From the NCBI RefSeq assembly GCF_011386835.1, contig NC_088799.1, positions 101,060,001 through 101,124,000 on the forward strand: a stretch of 64,000 nucleotides of DNA, in the 5' to 3' direction. The translations under genes and the position numbers were made by a program. Numbering within the stretch: position 1 is the stretch's first letter; each line of letters starts with the position of its first letter. The DNA is from Chrysemys picta bellii. Lineage: Eukaryota. This document shows positions 1 to 13,872 of the stretch, in pieces. The notes under the pieces are model-generated. The model had not been told where the DNA came from. It searched no databases and saw only the letters and a list, made by a program, of their open reading frames with translations.

Positions 1-769
1 CCCTCTCAGAGATTGTATATGTTAACCTTGCTCCTCGGGGCTGGTAGTGAAAGATAAATGCAAGGTCTTCACTTCCCAACTAATCTTAATCACTCATCAT
101 TGAATCAATATTCATTCATTTCCCTCCCTGCCCCTTATTCTTCATGCTGTGTCTTGTTTCATGTATGTAAATCATACACACACCATCATGATTCCACAAG
201 GGCACTTTTTCTATATTCAAGAAGATCTATAAACAGACAAAATGAGGACGGGCGTTTCAAATTACCCCCAGTCTGCGATTTCTTGTGATGGCTTTTCTAA
301 AGGTCACACCTAGCGACCATGTTTTCAGCTCTAAGACCGTTCATTGCCACCACGGTAATTACTTAAACTTTGATATTTATTTTTTTTAGCTCCTGCCTGA
401 ATATTATAGTCTCGGAGAGGTTAAATAATGCACTCGAAAAGCTCTGTGGAATGCATAAGATGTGTTCAGCTGTAAGAGCAGAATTATGTACCATGGTCTC
501 TGTGTGCCATTAAAAGGGACTGTCAGAACTGCAGATGATTTAAAGCACCGTTTTCTCCTTGGACTGGATATTTCCAGTGCACATATTTGTGTCTTCTAGT
601 TACCCAGGGGTGTTGCAATGGATTGCAGTGGCCAGGGCTCGGCTAGCATCTGCTTCAGGTCACACATGCTCCAGGTTCTGCTCTGCATGCTAGGGTGTTG
701 TTCGTTGGTTGGATTACACTAGGGAGGTTGTGGTCCTGGCCAAGACCAGGATCATGTTGTGCTAGGGCT

Positions 770-955
770 TTGTAATAGCCCATAGCAAGAGACAGGCCCT
801 GCCCCAAAGAGCCTCCAGTTTAAATAGACAGGACGGACAAAGGAAGTATTATCCCCATTTTACAGATGGGGACTGAGTCTCCAAGACGGCGAGTGATTTG
901 CCCAAGCTCTGCTAAAGGATCTCTGGTCAAGCCAAGCACTGAGCCTGGGTCTCAG
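770..955 (-). mobile_element. CORE/MIR-type SINE relic with L2-like tail
   Basis: Contains the MIR core antisense signature 'tatccccattttacagatgggga-ctgag' and 'gtgatttgcccaag'. These follow the reverse-complemented L2-type tail 'gtgctaggg...acaggccctgccccaaagagc'. Confidence 0.7.
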
Positions 956-1247
956 GAGGCCTTATTCAGAACCTTTACACAAGGCCATCCTTTGGTAGGC
1001 ACTCGTAATACCTGAGCGAGGTGCTATTGTATGGCTTCCCCCCGCTGCGGCTCAGCCGCTTTCCATTGAAATGTGAGCTGTTTTGTTTTTATTTACTGGG
1101 ATACCAAGCTCCTCCTAGGTTGCATTCTGGAATCTCTTTGCTTTCATACAGATTACTTCTGTACTACGTCCCAGAATAGCGATATTCACAGCAGCCTTTC
1201 CCGGTGTTGAGCAGAAACACGGTTTTAGAAAGGAAGCCATTTGTTTT

Positions 1248-1630
1248 TTATTGCTTCTTTTCATGCTCAGATGTAGACGTCCGTTTTCCCTTGTAGTTTA
1301 TCGTAACCTTCCAGCTGGATTCAGTTGAATGCTGGGTACTATTCGTCTTCAGCGTGACATCCTGTAAAGCAGCAATGGGCTTGGAAACAACATTTGCTGT
1401 GGGTATGGGACCTGCAGGCACGCCGGGAAAATATCGAGACACATGGCGAAATCCAGGATGAGGCATATATGGACTGACCGAAACGTTACAGAGCTGCAGG
1501 ATAGACGTTGCCTGGAATAACCCTTTGAAATCAGCTGAATACCCAGACTGCAAGTGTTTTTCTAATTTACTGAGCATATAGGCACGTATAGAGGAAAGGT
1601 TGAGCTGTTTCATAACGGTCTTTTCCACCT
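1248..1630 (-). CDS. Putative terminal coding exon of an unidentified gene (about 127 codons, xVEKTVMKQLNLSSIRAYMLSKLEKHLQ...SWKVTINYKGKRTSTSEHEKKQ*)
   Basis: Stop-free frame in unique sequence. It starts right after a possible acceptor (minus ...ttcctaaatgtaatcaatag| at 1631; alternative AG at 1630-1629). It ends in TAA at 1250-1248. AATAAA on the minus strand at 1252-1247 overlaps the stop, and a second AATAAA lies at 1093-1088. I do not recognise the protein family. Confidence 0.5.
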
Positions 1631-2212
1631 CTATTGATTACATTTAGGAAGAAATATAATAGGCCTCACATAAAAAGGTGTAATCATTACTGACCTGGGG
1701 TACTAAAGTGGCAGGTAAATTTGGATTTGCTGGACTTGTTCTCATTGGAAATCAAACATTTGGCAAAGCGCAGATAAGGGTTTACTTAAATTTCTTCTGC
1801 TTTCCTATCTGGTAGCTGTTCTGCTATAAAGTGTACTTTCAGGTCATTCCAAACAGTTGTTTGCGGGTTGTTGTTTTTTAACCCTAATAGAAAGAGGTTT
1901 GTATTGTAAATAAATATAAGGTAAAATATATATCCCAAATTGCACTACATCAGAGTATATTTCTGACTATAGAAAAGGTAAAAATAAAGTACCACGCTGC
2001 CTTGGATGTTCAGAAGAGCGCCTTCTTCTTTTGTGGCAGAACATAGAATTGCAAAGAGATTAAAAAAAACAACCCCTAAATCTGTAACTTCTACATCCTG
2101 GGTGATGATAAAGAGAAAGATGACTTTATCAGACTGTAAACTAGGACAGATTAAGGCCCTGATTCAGCAAAATAGTGAAGCATGTGTCTAATGTTAAATA
2201 TGCGAGTATATT

Positions 2213-2226
2213 TGTGTGTGTGTGTG

Positions 2227-2267
<41 letters not shown>
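2213..2267. repeat. Compound (TG)n(TA)n microsatellite
   Basis: Directly visible dinucleotide runs. Confidence 0.95.
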
Positions 2268-2270
<3 letters not shown>

Positions 2271-2776
2271 CCAGTTGTCTTCAATGGGAGAAATCAGAAG
2301 TTAGGCACCTGCTTTGGAAAACTAAAATTTGCAATCACCTAATCTTGAAGCTGTGCTTTAAAGATCCTGTTGAGTGATTAGAGCAGGAGATTTGGAGCCA
2401 CCCCTCCCGAGGTCTTGTCCTGACTTTCTTATCTGTAAAATAGGGACAGTGATACTAGCAGTGATAAAGGTTAAGGAATTAGTGCCAGACCCTAGCTGGT
2501 GTAATTTGGAATAGCTGTGCTGACATCAATAGGACTGCACCAGTTCACACCAGCTGAGGAGCTGATCCTGGGATGGCAGGTGATCTAGAAATGTCATCTA
2601 GTAATATTATTTGAACTACTGCCAAAATACTGCATGTGCGTATGGGCATGGATGTTCTGTACACAGGTAAATTCTGCTTTGTTACACCGTGCAATCAGAT
2701 TCACTTGAGGGAGTTGTATCAGTGTCACTGAGAGCAAAATTCGGTCCGTCGTTTATACTCAATGCTACGTGTGTGT

Positions 2777-2972
2777 GCAGCCCCAAGCAGCCAAAACAAA
2801 ACAAAACAAAAAAAGCGATCGCGATCTGCGGCGGCAATTCGGCGGGAGGTCCTTCGCTCCCAGGCGGAGTGAGGGACCGTCCGCTGAATTGCAGCCGAAT
2901 ACCTGGACGTGCCGCCCCTCTCCGGAGCGGCCGCCCCAAGCACCTGCTTGAGAAGCTGGTGCCTGGAGCCGG

Positions 2973-2977
<5 letters not shown>
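2777..2977. mobile_element. GC-rich non-autonomous hAT (Tip100-like) MITE with one end lost
   Basis: The right end 'ggtgcctggagccggccgtg' matches a CAGGGCCGGC-type terminal inverted repeat (TIR). The internal motif 'ggcggcaattcggcgggaggtccttcgctcc' is shared with the element at 59635-60002. No left TIR or TSD found. Confidence 0.7.

Positions 2978-3010
<33 letters not shown>
2975..3010. repeat. (GT)18 microsatellite
   Basis: Directly visible. Confidence 0.95.
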
Positions 3011-3012
<2 letters not shown>

Positions 3013-6000
3013 AGAGAAAATAATGAACAAATATTGATAGCAACAGTGAATTATACAAATAAAAATACATCAGTGGATTCTGGGAAACCATATAAAATGG
3101 GCAAGAAATATCTAATCAATCATATTTAAATAATAGAATTCTCTGTTCTGGATATACCATAGTGCCTCCAGCAATACAATCACTTGTACAGTACATGCAC
3201 CCAAAGTTTACTACTGCAGTAAGACCCAGCAGGATTGTGAATTGTGGAGTACGCATGTCTTCTAATTGCATTGAAAGCACAAGGCCAAGTTACTCATGTC
3301 TAACAAATTAAATATAAACATATATACCATAATGCATGCCCATGCTTCAGCTGATTTCTTGCTCCCACGGGCACAAATAAAAGTGAGTAGTTTGTGATAT
3401 CACTCAAACCCAAGGCCAATATCTATCCATTTCAATGGTCAGCCCACTCAGGTATCCCCAGGGCTTTGGACAAGCCGCTTTTCCACCCAGAACTCCCTTT
3501 TCATTCCATTAGGAGTTGCCAAAGTAGCATCCTTGGGTGTATCTAGGCCAGGGCAAAAAAGTTACCCCCTGTGATTGTGGCCTGGCAGGTCTGTCAGGAG
3601 CACGACCCAGAGAATACGTCGCGACTCCTCTCCCTCATGTGTTCTCTCTGGCAGTCTGGGTTCTGGGCCAGACTGGAACTTCCTCTCCTGGTTGGGGTTC
3701 CACTCTGCTCTGCCCATGTGTCTCAGGGGGAAGGTGGGCTGGTGCACTGCTGGCAGGCGGAGTGCTTTCACACCCAAGCAGGAGGGATTGGGGCCCTGGC
3801 AAAGAGATGCAGGAGCTAAAAAGCACAAAGAGAGCATGGAGGATTGTGAAGAGACCGAGCACCTGGAGAAATGGATGTCCTGTGATGTTATGTCCTACAT
3901 TTTGTTGACTACATCCCATGTTCCAAAGTAGAGAAGTGCTTTAGAATTCACAGCGTTAGCACGTGAAGATTTGCAACTGGAGTCACCTCCTAATGCTTTG
4001 ATGCTGTTTTATTCCTGTCACAGTTCCCATGTTGCCTTTATTTTCGGTTTTGCTGGTTTGGATTCACAGATTTCCTTTCCCATTAAAAATGGTGGCAATA
4101 TCAAAACCTTCAGCCACAGCTCCCTGGTGGACTTCACATTGAATATCGGGGATATTTTTGAAATGCTAGTTGATTGCAAACGAAGGAGGAAAATCATTAA
4201 TTGTGCATCATAAATATTCCATGCCAAAAAATGTTAGTGTCGTATTAAGGAAGAGAAATCAGATGTTCAAAGTCAGGAAATGCCTAATGCTGAAAGCACA
4301 TCCTGAACTTTGCCCCCTGGTTCATTAATAATTGCCAAATAATAAACCGTTACTCAAACTGGAATTTCTTATACAGCCTTAACTGTAGTGCAGAGTATTT
4401 GTAGGTTTGGCTTCTTTTGTAAGTCTCCCATGAGGTCTATGCAACAATCCAGGTTTGAATACAATCTGTTCATACATTTTTAAGAATCGGGGACAAAGTT
4501 ATTACTGATGTAAGCTGGAGCAATTCTCAGGTCTTCAATGAAACTTCCCCCACTTTACAACAACAGTGAATTTGCAATGGGCTGGTTGAAATCCCATTTA
4601 TGAAATGAATCCAAAAGGGGATTTCATATTTTGTAACTACCTACAGTCCCGTGATAGGACATAATATGGTATTGCAAAGCCTGTTACTTCATAAGCCACA
4701 AAGTTTGCACTGTGTGTTTGTATTGACACCATGGCTAGGTGTACAAACGTCTGAAGGGTTTATTGAAAATCATTCAGATGCTTCTGGCTCAGAGTAGTTA
4801 AAATAAATACGAAATGACAGTGTAGTGTGCTCAGAACAAATGAAAGGAAATGCAATTTCTCTCTAATCTATAGAATCTATTGCTGAGTATTGGTGATAGA
4901 GACAAAAACTGTGGTTGGATTTTAATAAGACCTGGCATATCATGAGCATTTATCATCTGTGTAGCAATGCAAGAGGAGTCAAGAGCTGGGTCTTTTAAAT
5001 AAAAACAAAACAACCCCCCAAGCCCCTAACTCTCCCCTTGCAGTGATGCATGTTGCTGCAGTGAATTTGAGTAACGTGCACTGGCATGTTAGCAATACAC
5101 CCACCCCTGGTAAATACATGCAGTTCCCCTTGTTTTTGCATAAAAGCTGCAGTGCATTCGCTATGACGTGCATTGACTCCTCTGGACTTTGCTAGGTAAC
5201 ACATCGAGCAGGGGGTTTCAAACTCTTTCATAGCGTGGGTCATGTCTCAATAAAGAGGTGGTTACACGGGCCACCTCGCTGTCATTCACAATCACGCCAT
5301 CCATTTCCCCTTCCTGTTCACAATAGCATAACGTCCTATTGCAGCAATTGCTTACTATTAGGAAAGCAATTGACGTGTCTGTAGCTGTAGCTGGAAACAA
5401 GGAGGCAAGCAAGCACCGTGTGACCCGTCGGCTCTCTGCACACCAAAGAAGTCCACCATGGGCCACAATCTGGTAAGCATCAGTACAGTGGGGATGGGAT
5501 CTGATAAGCTATAAGGCTCAGTAAGAAATGTTCCCCCAGGCACAACACTGGACAACTGGCTAGAGGCGTTGGAGGTTTTTATTGTCTTCCTCTGAAGTAG
5601 CAGGTACAAGCCCCACTGGAGACAGGACCCTGGATTAGATAGACCAATCGCCGAGATGGGAAGGTGACGCCTCTCTATCCATCACACAAACTTCTCCAGA
5701 ATTCCTGGCACGATGCCTCTCCTGTCGCGGGCTGGGAGATTGAATTTTAATTTTTATGGAATAGAATCAACAATTTAATGGAGAGAAATAAAAATTTATG
5801 TCCTTAATTATCACCTAGGTTGGGCTTGAGCTCTGCTGAATTCTCTAGCATGCATGAGATGAGCTTGTCTATGTCCATGCCAGGCAGTACACAGCGGCAG
5901 CAGGATGACACAATTCAGCTCTTCGATGCAGGTCTATTCACGTAGGTGGTACCCAGAGCAATGGGAACCAGGCCCTGTGTCAACTAACCTGTCGGAAGGG

Positions 6001-6456
6001 CAGAACCTACAGAGAGGGGGACATGAGGCAGCTAGATTTGGGGTTTAACCCAAGCTGGAGGCAAGATTTCCTCTCTAACAGACTGACTCTGGTTTCCTGA
6101 ATCTAGCACACCTGGAATACAGAAGCTTCAGTTGAAGCTTTTCTCCGTATTTGCTGTAATTCACTTTGACTTTGTGAGTAGCCCCTGTAGTACTTTGCAA
6201 TATGGGATGAAATGTCCATGGTTATGAATTGCCAGGAAGGCAAATCCATCTATTCCGCACTGTCGTGCAAAAGATCCCTGCATGCACAGCTGAAGGAAAC
6301 AGCAGACAAGCTGAGAGTGAGCGAGTCCCGGTTTGATCAAAGAGCTCTGGACAACAGGACGGTACACCCAGTTATTCAACGGCGAGTTTGGCTTAGGACC
6401 TTATCCCAGATCACGCTGACTACCCGAAGTTACCTCACGGATTTTGTATTCCCATC

Positions 6457-6784
6457 TGTAGCAGGTTGGTCACCCCGCTCATGCCCTGAAGGGCTTAAAA
6501 CAGCCCTGGGAGAGGGCTGTGTCTGGAAAAAGGCTAGGCTGATTGGGAGAAAGCAGCCAAAGGTGGGGCCACGCCCCAATCAGATCACAGCTGGCCCTAT
6601 AAGAGGGCTGAGGGCCAGAGACTAAAAGACACTCTCTCTAGCTTCAGAGAGAGAAGGACCTGGCTGCCCGGGAAGCTGAGACGGGTATCTAGGGTGGAGC
6701 AGTGCTGCGGAAGGGCTGGAAAAGAGCTCATTCCTGGGTCGACCAGCAGGAGGCGCCGCACCAGTGAGTCGTGGCCCTGCCACA
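6457..6784 (+). mobile_element. Solo LTR (328 bp), probably Gypsy-like
   Basis: TG...CA termini (tgtagcagg ... cctgccaca). Perfect 5-bp TSD CCATC at 6452-6456 and 6785-6789. Internal CCAATC and TATA-like 'cctataagag'. Confidence 0.85.
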
Positions 6785-6805
6785 CCATCTAAAATATTTG
6801 TGCCG

Positions 6806-7215
6806 ACTGTTAGGTTGTAAGCCCCTTGGGGTAGGGATCGTGTGTTTGTACAACGCCTAGCACAGGGTGTCTCTGGTGCATGGCTAGATGAGTCATCCCT
6901 GAGCCTGAGTGTTCTGAGTGCTTTGAGCCTCATGAGTTATTTGCTATAATTACCTGGGAATCCTAAGGGCCCAGTCAATCCAGAGCGACGGATCTAACCA
7001 TGTGGCCGCAAGGCAGGGCTGTAGGTTCCTAATGAAGGCAGCCACTCCAGTCTGCTCAATGTTGCTGCCTTGTTGGGCATGCTCCCGGCTACTCGGTAGT
7101 TCTGATTGACTGCTCCTGCTCCAGTCAGGGCCCGCTCCTGATCGAGCCATGGCCAGTGGCCCAGTTGACACTAGAGCTCCTAGGTGCTACGGTAACGCAA
7201 ATAATACATCCCAAT
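6806..7215 (+). mobile_element. L2/MIR-type 3' tail split by about 280 bp of other sequence
   Basis: 'ttgtaagccccttggggtaggga...tgtttgtacaacgcctagcaca' at about 6815-6865 resumes as 'ctcctaggtgctacggtaacgcaaataata' at about 7177-7206. Confidence 0.5.
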
Positions 7216-10200
7216 AATAATTAATGCTTTTTTGCCCTTCAGGATTAGTCATGCTGACTGATGGCTTCTGAAGTCTAAACCACCCTGCCATCTAGTCTTA
7301 GGAAATTGACTGGAAAGGACCGGAGGGATAACTGGTGGGAGAAGGAAATGTCACTCAAAATCTCCATGTTTACAATCCCAGTAACCTGCCGTCACCAAGG
7401 TACCATCCTATATGCTTTCATCCCATAGTATCGCAATTGCTGTACTGTGGCAAATATCGAGTTGTCAACGGCAACCGCTGTAAAATATTTTCAGTTTGGC
7501 TTTCCAGATAAAGGCAGTGAATGGCTATGCATTCGAACCGGCCTTTTGAATGAGTTTCACGTTATTGGAATGACCTCCTAATACAGCTTTGATGGAATGA
7601 TGAAGGCCGCATGTGATCCCCCAAGGTAGAAGACCTATGATCTGAAAGAACCTAGGAAGTCTGGCTGAAGGCCAGAACTCTCCTGCCAACGTACCGGTGT
7701 GCACACCAGTGCTTAAATCGGCCTAAGGTTGCTCGGGAGGGTTGGCTAATTCACACCCCTGAGTGACATGACTTACGTTGACTTGAGCTATCGTGTAGCT
7801 ATAGCGCTAGTCTGTCCCTTTAACTCTGTCCTTTGTCTCTGGATGTTCAGTAGCTTCCCAGTCTGGGAATGTATTTTACCCTTCTGATATGGAGGTTTCT
7901 TGGCATGCACTATACTGGCTTTATCGCCGTGGGCCTGTCTGTGGCTTCAGAATCTTTGTGTGCGTCCAACCCTTCTGCTCGCTTGAGGAATTTCACCAAT
8001 AAGTGGTTGAAGGAGTTCTCATAATTGTTCCTGTTCCTAGCCTCATGAGCTCTGGCATTCAGGACCTGCTTGTGAAATGGTGAGTGGATTTCCCGTTCGG
8101 TTATGCAGACTATAATTATTTTCATGTGAAGGCCCCAAAGTACAGTAAGCGCTGCAGCTTTTTGTGGTGTGAATTTGCTCCTGACAGGCCACCATAGTGG
8201 CATATTGATCTTTTCTAGCATTTACATGGAAAGCAGCTCAAGGTAGCATTGACCTTGGAAGAAAGATATACTCTGAATGGAGAATGTATGTATTAGGCAG
8301 AAACAGGCAGGCCTTCAATATACTGTAGAGCAGAGATGCCTTGTTTTTCATTTACTTTTTCTCCAGCAAACATTTACTGTGGTTTGCAGGGCAAGACAAT
8401 TTCCATCCTCTCCTATGTTTCACTTCCCCTCCATCAATCCATGGGTATTGATGGAGTTCAGGATCGCTGTATTTCTCACCTTTGTTTTGTTTTTAAAAGA
8501 GCCCCAGTCAATACTTCAAGGCTATTGAGCAACTGATAATGAAAAATTACCTTTTTATTCACCATGACTTTGAGCAGTGAAATAGACGTTCTTCATCTTG
8601 GCGTGTAACACTCTGGAAGTTGTCTCTTGCTTTGTGCCCGCCCGGTATCAGGCTAAGGCCCCTGACAGTGAGCAACAGAAGTGGCGGCATCAGACTATCA
8701 ATTGAGCCAGCTCTGTTAAGATCACTCTTCCACCCCTCTCAGTGAAACCAGCTAGTTTCCACGTGCTTACTTCTGAAGGAGACTGAATCAAGAGTGTGTA
8801 AATAATCAGCACGAAAAGGTGGAATTCTGTACTGCAGGCCAGACATCCTTTGCTCACGTTTGAAATGTAGGCTTCAATGCTGAACTAAGCAAACACCGTC
8901 CATCCACATACCGGTCCCCAACTAAGAAGTTTTGATGGATTTCACACAGCAAATGTGACATAAATATCCTTCAGTTGTTTGTTTGAGAATAGGGCTAGAA
9001 ATCTAGACTCTTCCTTTCTTTATGGAAAAACCAACGGAGGAAAGAATTCAGCTACCACAGAAATAATGCTTAAATAAAAAAAAGGGGCAAATAAGGAACC
9101 CCATGTATATTGTTATTTCAGTGGTGCCTAGAATGCTACTATAAATTTGCCTGTTAAGGGAAAATAAAAGGTGTAATCTGATGTGATGCATCCAAATTTC
9201 TGTTTCTTTTTTTTTTAATTGAATAGTGTGAGAAAAACAAGTTTGAGAGAGACAAGACAAAGGGCAAATATTCTTGCTGACTTGGCAGCGTTTAAATTGC
9301 AAATTTATCCTGGATCATTTGGTGGATTAGAAGAACAAAAGTAAAAGTGTGTTATGGTACTAATGTATTAACAGCAAGCCAGTAGGCCGCACTCTTCTTA
9401 AGTCTGCCTGTCTCTCTGACCCAGTTAGTTTCCTTTCTTTTAAAGGACATTTTCTCCAAATGACAGTGTTCAACTAATGCAGAATTCCTGTGTCCAAAGG
9501 ACAGTCTGTGATCCAGTCCATTGACTCCTGATTTCATTTAAACTGCAATTCATTATTTTCTTCCTGTGCTCATTCAAGAACCCATTGTTCATTACTCTCC
9601 CATCACTGTATGATTGGAACAATTTGTATCTGTCGCTCGTACGTTGGCCAGATAATGAAATAATCATTTGTGCATCTACACAGTATTTTACATTTATTTT
9701 GCACAGCGCAATTCACTTCATAGGGTCATTTTCTCATTCTGGAACAAATTGTGATCTTGTTTAAGCATTTAGTAGTCGGTAACAGTTTGCAGCTGCCAAT
9801 GTCAGGACACGTCTGAATACTGCCATTCACAGACAGACAAGACGGCGCGGGAATCCTTGCTGTTCCTTCAGTAAACAAAAGCAGAAAAGATTCTGTAGAC
9901 CAAGAGTTTGATTCAAAGTCCATTGAAAGCAGTGGAAAAACTCCCATTGATTTTAATGGGTTTTGGATCAGGCCTTCAAAGAGAGGAGCAATGAGAAGGG
10001 ATAAGACTATCTCGTAAAAGTGAAAGCAGAAGATAAAGCACAGAGCCTGAAGTATACAGCCCGATGAGCTTCTGTTCTCAAGTAGGCCAGCAAGGTTATG
10101 ACTTCTAGAGAAGTCAAGAGTCTTGGAGGGATAAACTAGTTATTATGACAGCAGATAGATAGAAAGGTGATTGCTGATTGGTTAATTCATCTTTCTTCTG

Positions 10201-10466
10201 CAAATCTATTTCTGCTCAATTAATTAAAATGACACACATGTTCTGCTCTCCAAATATCACACACATTATTATGGAAAGGTTGAATTAGTCATTATGTTGG
10301 AAAAGGTCAGGGCTTGAATTTAATGCTGAAAGGAGATAGAGCCTTCCGTTGATACTTCATAATTGCCAACCACTCCCAGTTCCGTGCATTAACTAGATCT
10401 CTGCTCAAAGAATTTGCTACCATACTTTACAAAGGACATGTCACAGAAAGTGCTTTAGGACACTCA

Positions 10467-11559
10467 TGTGACGGGGTCCCCAGGGTGCAACCTGGGCTGT
10501 GGGACCGTTGAGACCTCCAAACGCCCCAACCTGGGTTGCCTCTCACACTATGATGCTGATGTCAAGCTATAAACCTCTGCTAGGCACTGCACTTACACAG
10601 CCATCCAAAGGCAGAGACACACCCAACTGAGTTACATGAATGATCTCCCGGTAGAGAGGCTCCAGTCAATTCCCCCCAGCTCCCCAGCCTTGCTCCCCAG
10701 AACTGCACCGTCTTGCCCTGGTCAGAAGCCTGGCCAGTATAAACGTATTACTTAGTTTGCCACTCCGACAAAAGGGAGTGGGTGTGCAACAAGCCTTGTT
10801 AACCTGAGCTGAGATTTCCCAAGCCCTTCCACCCAAAACACATTTGTTTTAGGTAAAATAGAAAACAGGTTCATTAACTACAATGAGATAGATGATAAGT
10901 GATTATAAGTGGTGGGCACAAAGGTCAGAGCTAGTTACCTTAAGAAAATGAAAAGTAAACACGCATTCTAAAGCCTAAACTTTTAGTCTAAGCACGAGTT
11001 GAATCAAACGGCTTTTCTCCCCCTGACAGATGGTACACGCAGGTTACACTACACAGGCTGGGACTGCCGGCCAGCCTGGAACCAGCCTTCCTCAGTTCCA
11101 AGTCTTTGTCTTTCAGATTTCCAGGTGTTGAGATGGGTGGGAGGGAGAGGCCAAGTGATCACAATCTCTCTTTTTACACCTTCTTCCAGCTTGTTGGAAA
11201 GATCCCTGCTGTGACGTGGGGGTTCGGCAGCCCCCATTGTCAGGCAACCTTCATTGCCATTGGGAGAGTGGATTCCCTTTAACGGGCCATCAGCACTGGG
11301 TGGCTGGTCCTTGTTGAAAGGTTGGCTATGGGCGTCTCCCAACTTCACAACATATTTCAGTCACACACATAGCAGTGCTTCATAACTTCACATACAATGA
11401 CAGCACATACAATCCAACAGGATATTCATGTTTAACAGATCAAGACTTTTTAAAATGATTCTTCACAAGGCATGCGTTGTACAAAACCTATCACAATCCT
11501 ACCACAATGGTGAATACGGGGGATTCTAGGGTGCTACTTTTGAGGTACAGAATGCCACA
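10467..11559 (-). mobile_element. Solo LTR (about 1.1 kb), same family as 32325 and 38351
   Basis: tgtgacgg ... tgccaca termini. 5-bp TSD ACTCA/ACTCT (1 mismatch). Shares the block 'ttaactaca...aagtgattataag' with the other two copies. Confidence 0.85.
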
Positions 11560-11699
11560 ACTCTACAGCCCCTTTTCCAGTGAAAGTGGGCTGAAAGAAA
11601 ATGATAGTCATTGAAACAATTGCATTATACTGCCAGGTTTTTTTGGTCTAAATATTGAATGGTACTTGCAGCATTATTCATAATTGTTCTGTCTATTAC

Positions 11700-11890
11700 C
11701 TGTATCACCATAGCACCTAGAGGCTCCTGCAGAGATCAAGACTCCATGGTGCTAGGCATACAAACATATAGTGAGCTAATCCCTGCTCTGAAGAGCCAGC
11801 AAGCTGCTAAATAGACAAGGGAGACAGTGGATGGGCAGGAAAACGGAGGCAAAGGGATGGGAAGTGACTTGACCAAGGTCACAGATCCCA
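11700..11890 (-). mobile_element. MIR/L2-tail SINE relic
   Basis: 'gtgctaggcatacaaacat...atccctgctctgaagagc' (antisense L2-type tail) followed by 'gtgacttgaccaaggtcaca'. Confidence 0.55.
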
Positions 11891-13828
11891 GACCTGTTCA
11901 CTCCCCTGTCCATCACCCTATTGACTGCACCACAGAGGGTTAATCAGAGCAGTGCAGTGCTCACATGTGGGTATATCCACCACAAAAACGTAGAGGAGCT
12001 TGTCGATGTCAAGGTTTATGAACACAATAGAAGCCCTTTGTAAACCATTTAAGTTCACTAGCACAGTTCCAGATTGGAGCTTTTATTTTGATACTTTTCA
12101 CCGTATAATGAGTGTCAACGCTCGTAAGCCTTAAAAGGGTTGGATCCCAACTACACAAGCTCTTTCCAGCTATAAATCTCGCAAGCACAGGCTTCCATGT
12201 GAGTGTTCCTATACTTCCTGGTTGTGGTTTGACTGGAAATACCTAGAAAAACTTCAGTGGTGATATTTTGGCATGTCCAGTCTCAGCTGGAGCCTGGCGG
12301 AAGTGGAGATACTTGCAAATGGAAAGATAATCCTGCACAGAAGTAAAGTAATCATACTCTGATGATCCCCAGTACAGGTCTGGCTTGGGTGAACTTTCAA
12401 GGGGTATGCCCTTTCCAGTTGGTGGCCACCAAAGTACGTGGATTTTGATGGAGAGAGAAGTTCAGGGAGTCATGAGGAGCTATTTCTCTAAATGGGAAAT
12501 GGACATTTTCCTCTTAATCATTCTGTTAGCTAATCTAAAGGGCCTTGGTTATGCCACATTTCCTAGGCTGGGGAAGGTTACGCGACAGAGCACTCTGCCC
12601 TGAAGCTGGCTTTCTTGGACCAACGGTCTAGACGTTCCCCACACAACTCCAAGCTCACCTGGATGTTTCTGCTCAGTCGATGAGCATGGAAGGAGCTGGT
12701 AACGTTGACATTTAAATTGCCACTTTCTAGCTTCAGAGTCAACTGGGCGTTCAGATGGATGGGGCAGTTCACAGCTCTCCAATGGACAAATGCTGCCCCC
12801 TTTCCCCATCCCCTTGTGCACAGCCCAAGCGCTTTGGCTTTGCACAAAGGATCACAGATTATAGGTGTAGCTGGGCCTCCATGCCTCTTACCTGCAGGCT
12901 TAACCCCTGAGCAGCGATGTTAGTACCATCCATGCCTAGGAGGGCGGTGTAGTGGGGCAGCATTTGGCCCTTAGCTATTATCTCAGTCTTTCTGCAGACG
13001 CAGCACTGCATTGGCTCAGCTCTGGGACGGTATCCTGGCTCTAATTCAACCACAAGTGACTGGGCTTAATCGTGTCACTCGCACAGTGGAGGAGAATAAC
13101 GCTGTCCAGGAACCACTGGGGGAGATTCTCTGGCCTGCGCTATGCAGGAGCTCCGACCAGACGACCATAATGGTCGCTTCTGGACTTAAAAATCTGTGAC
13201 CCAGAAGGGGGAGAAAAGGAATGCAGAAGCTGATGCCACAAGAGAGAGGTGCCATCGGGTAGAGTCACAAACTTGGTCCCCTCTCATCCCAGATTACCAT
13301 TAACCACGCCATCGCAGCACAGAGATCAAGGACTCCATGAGCTGACTGGTCATCCCGCTTGCCCCGTCGTGTGACCGCTCCAAATCAGGCCCGCTGTCAG
13401 GACGATGCTGGTGGTGTACATTCTCTAGATAAATAGGCTTCAGTCTCCAGGGTTGTCGCTTTAGCACATTCAAAGTGTGTTGTGTCCGCACACCATTCTC
13501 TCGCCCCCCAAATCATGAATTGATTAAAAATACCAGAATAGGTCATGCTGGCCTTGTAAAAAGGCAGACAAATGCTCCAGACTGGTGTCGAGTGATGGGA
13601 GTTTGACCATTCAGCTACATTGTTCAATTGGCACAATGAGAGAGAGAGGGAGCGCATCCACATATGGCTGGGAGGTTTGCTACAGTCTGTAGCGGGGTGT
13701 CTGAACTCACACTGGTAAATTTGATGTATTATGTGAGATGTTTTACACTGATCATAATGGCCTAGAAAGCCTTTTTTTTGGTAAATACGTTCATTCTTCT
13801 TAGTTATGCTCCATTAAGTGGTGTTTGG

Positions 13829-13831
<3 letters not shown>

Positions 13832-13870
<39 letters not shown>

Positions 13871-13872
13871 TG
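13832..13872. repeat. (GT)n microsatellite
   Basis: Directly visible, with one interruption. Confidence 0.9.

Noticed and set aside
2682-3129. Several overlapping 85-146 aa ORFs
   Set aside because: They lie in a GC-rich MITE and a (GT)18 run (CVCVCV/THTHTH); being open in many frames reflects low stop-codon density.
6968-7165. 8-bp direct repeat GGCCCAGT suggesting a hAT TSD
   Set aside because: There are no terminal inverted repeats inside the direct repeats.
7910-8221. 103-aa minus-strand ORF with a protein-like middle
   Set aside because: No convincing acceptor/donor pair and no recognisable homology.
12243-12332. Minus-strand exon-like block (90 nt, DYLSICKYLHFRQ...)
   Set aside because: The only otherwise open frame ends in TAG right at the donor, and the other frames have stops, so it cannot be an internal coding exon.
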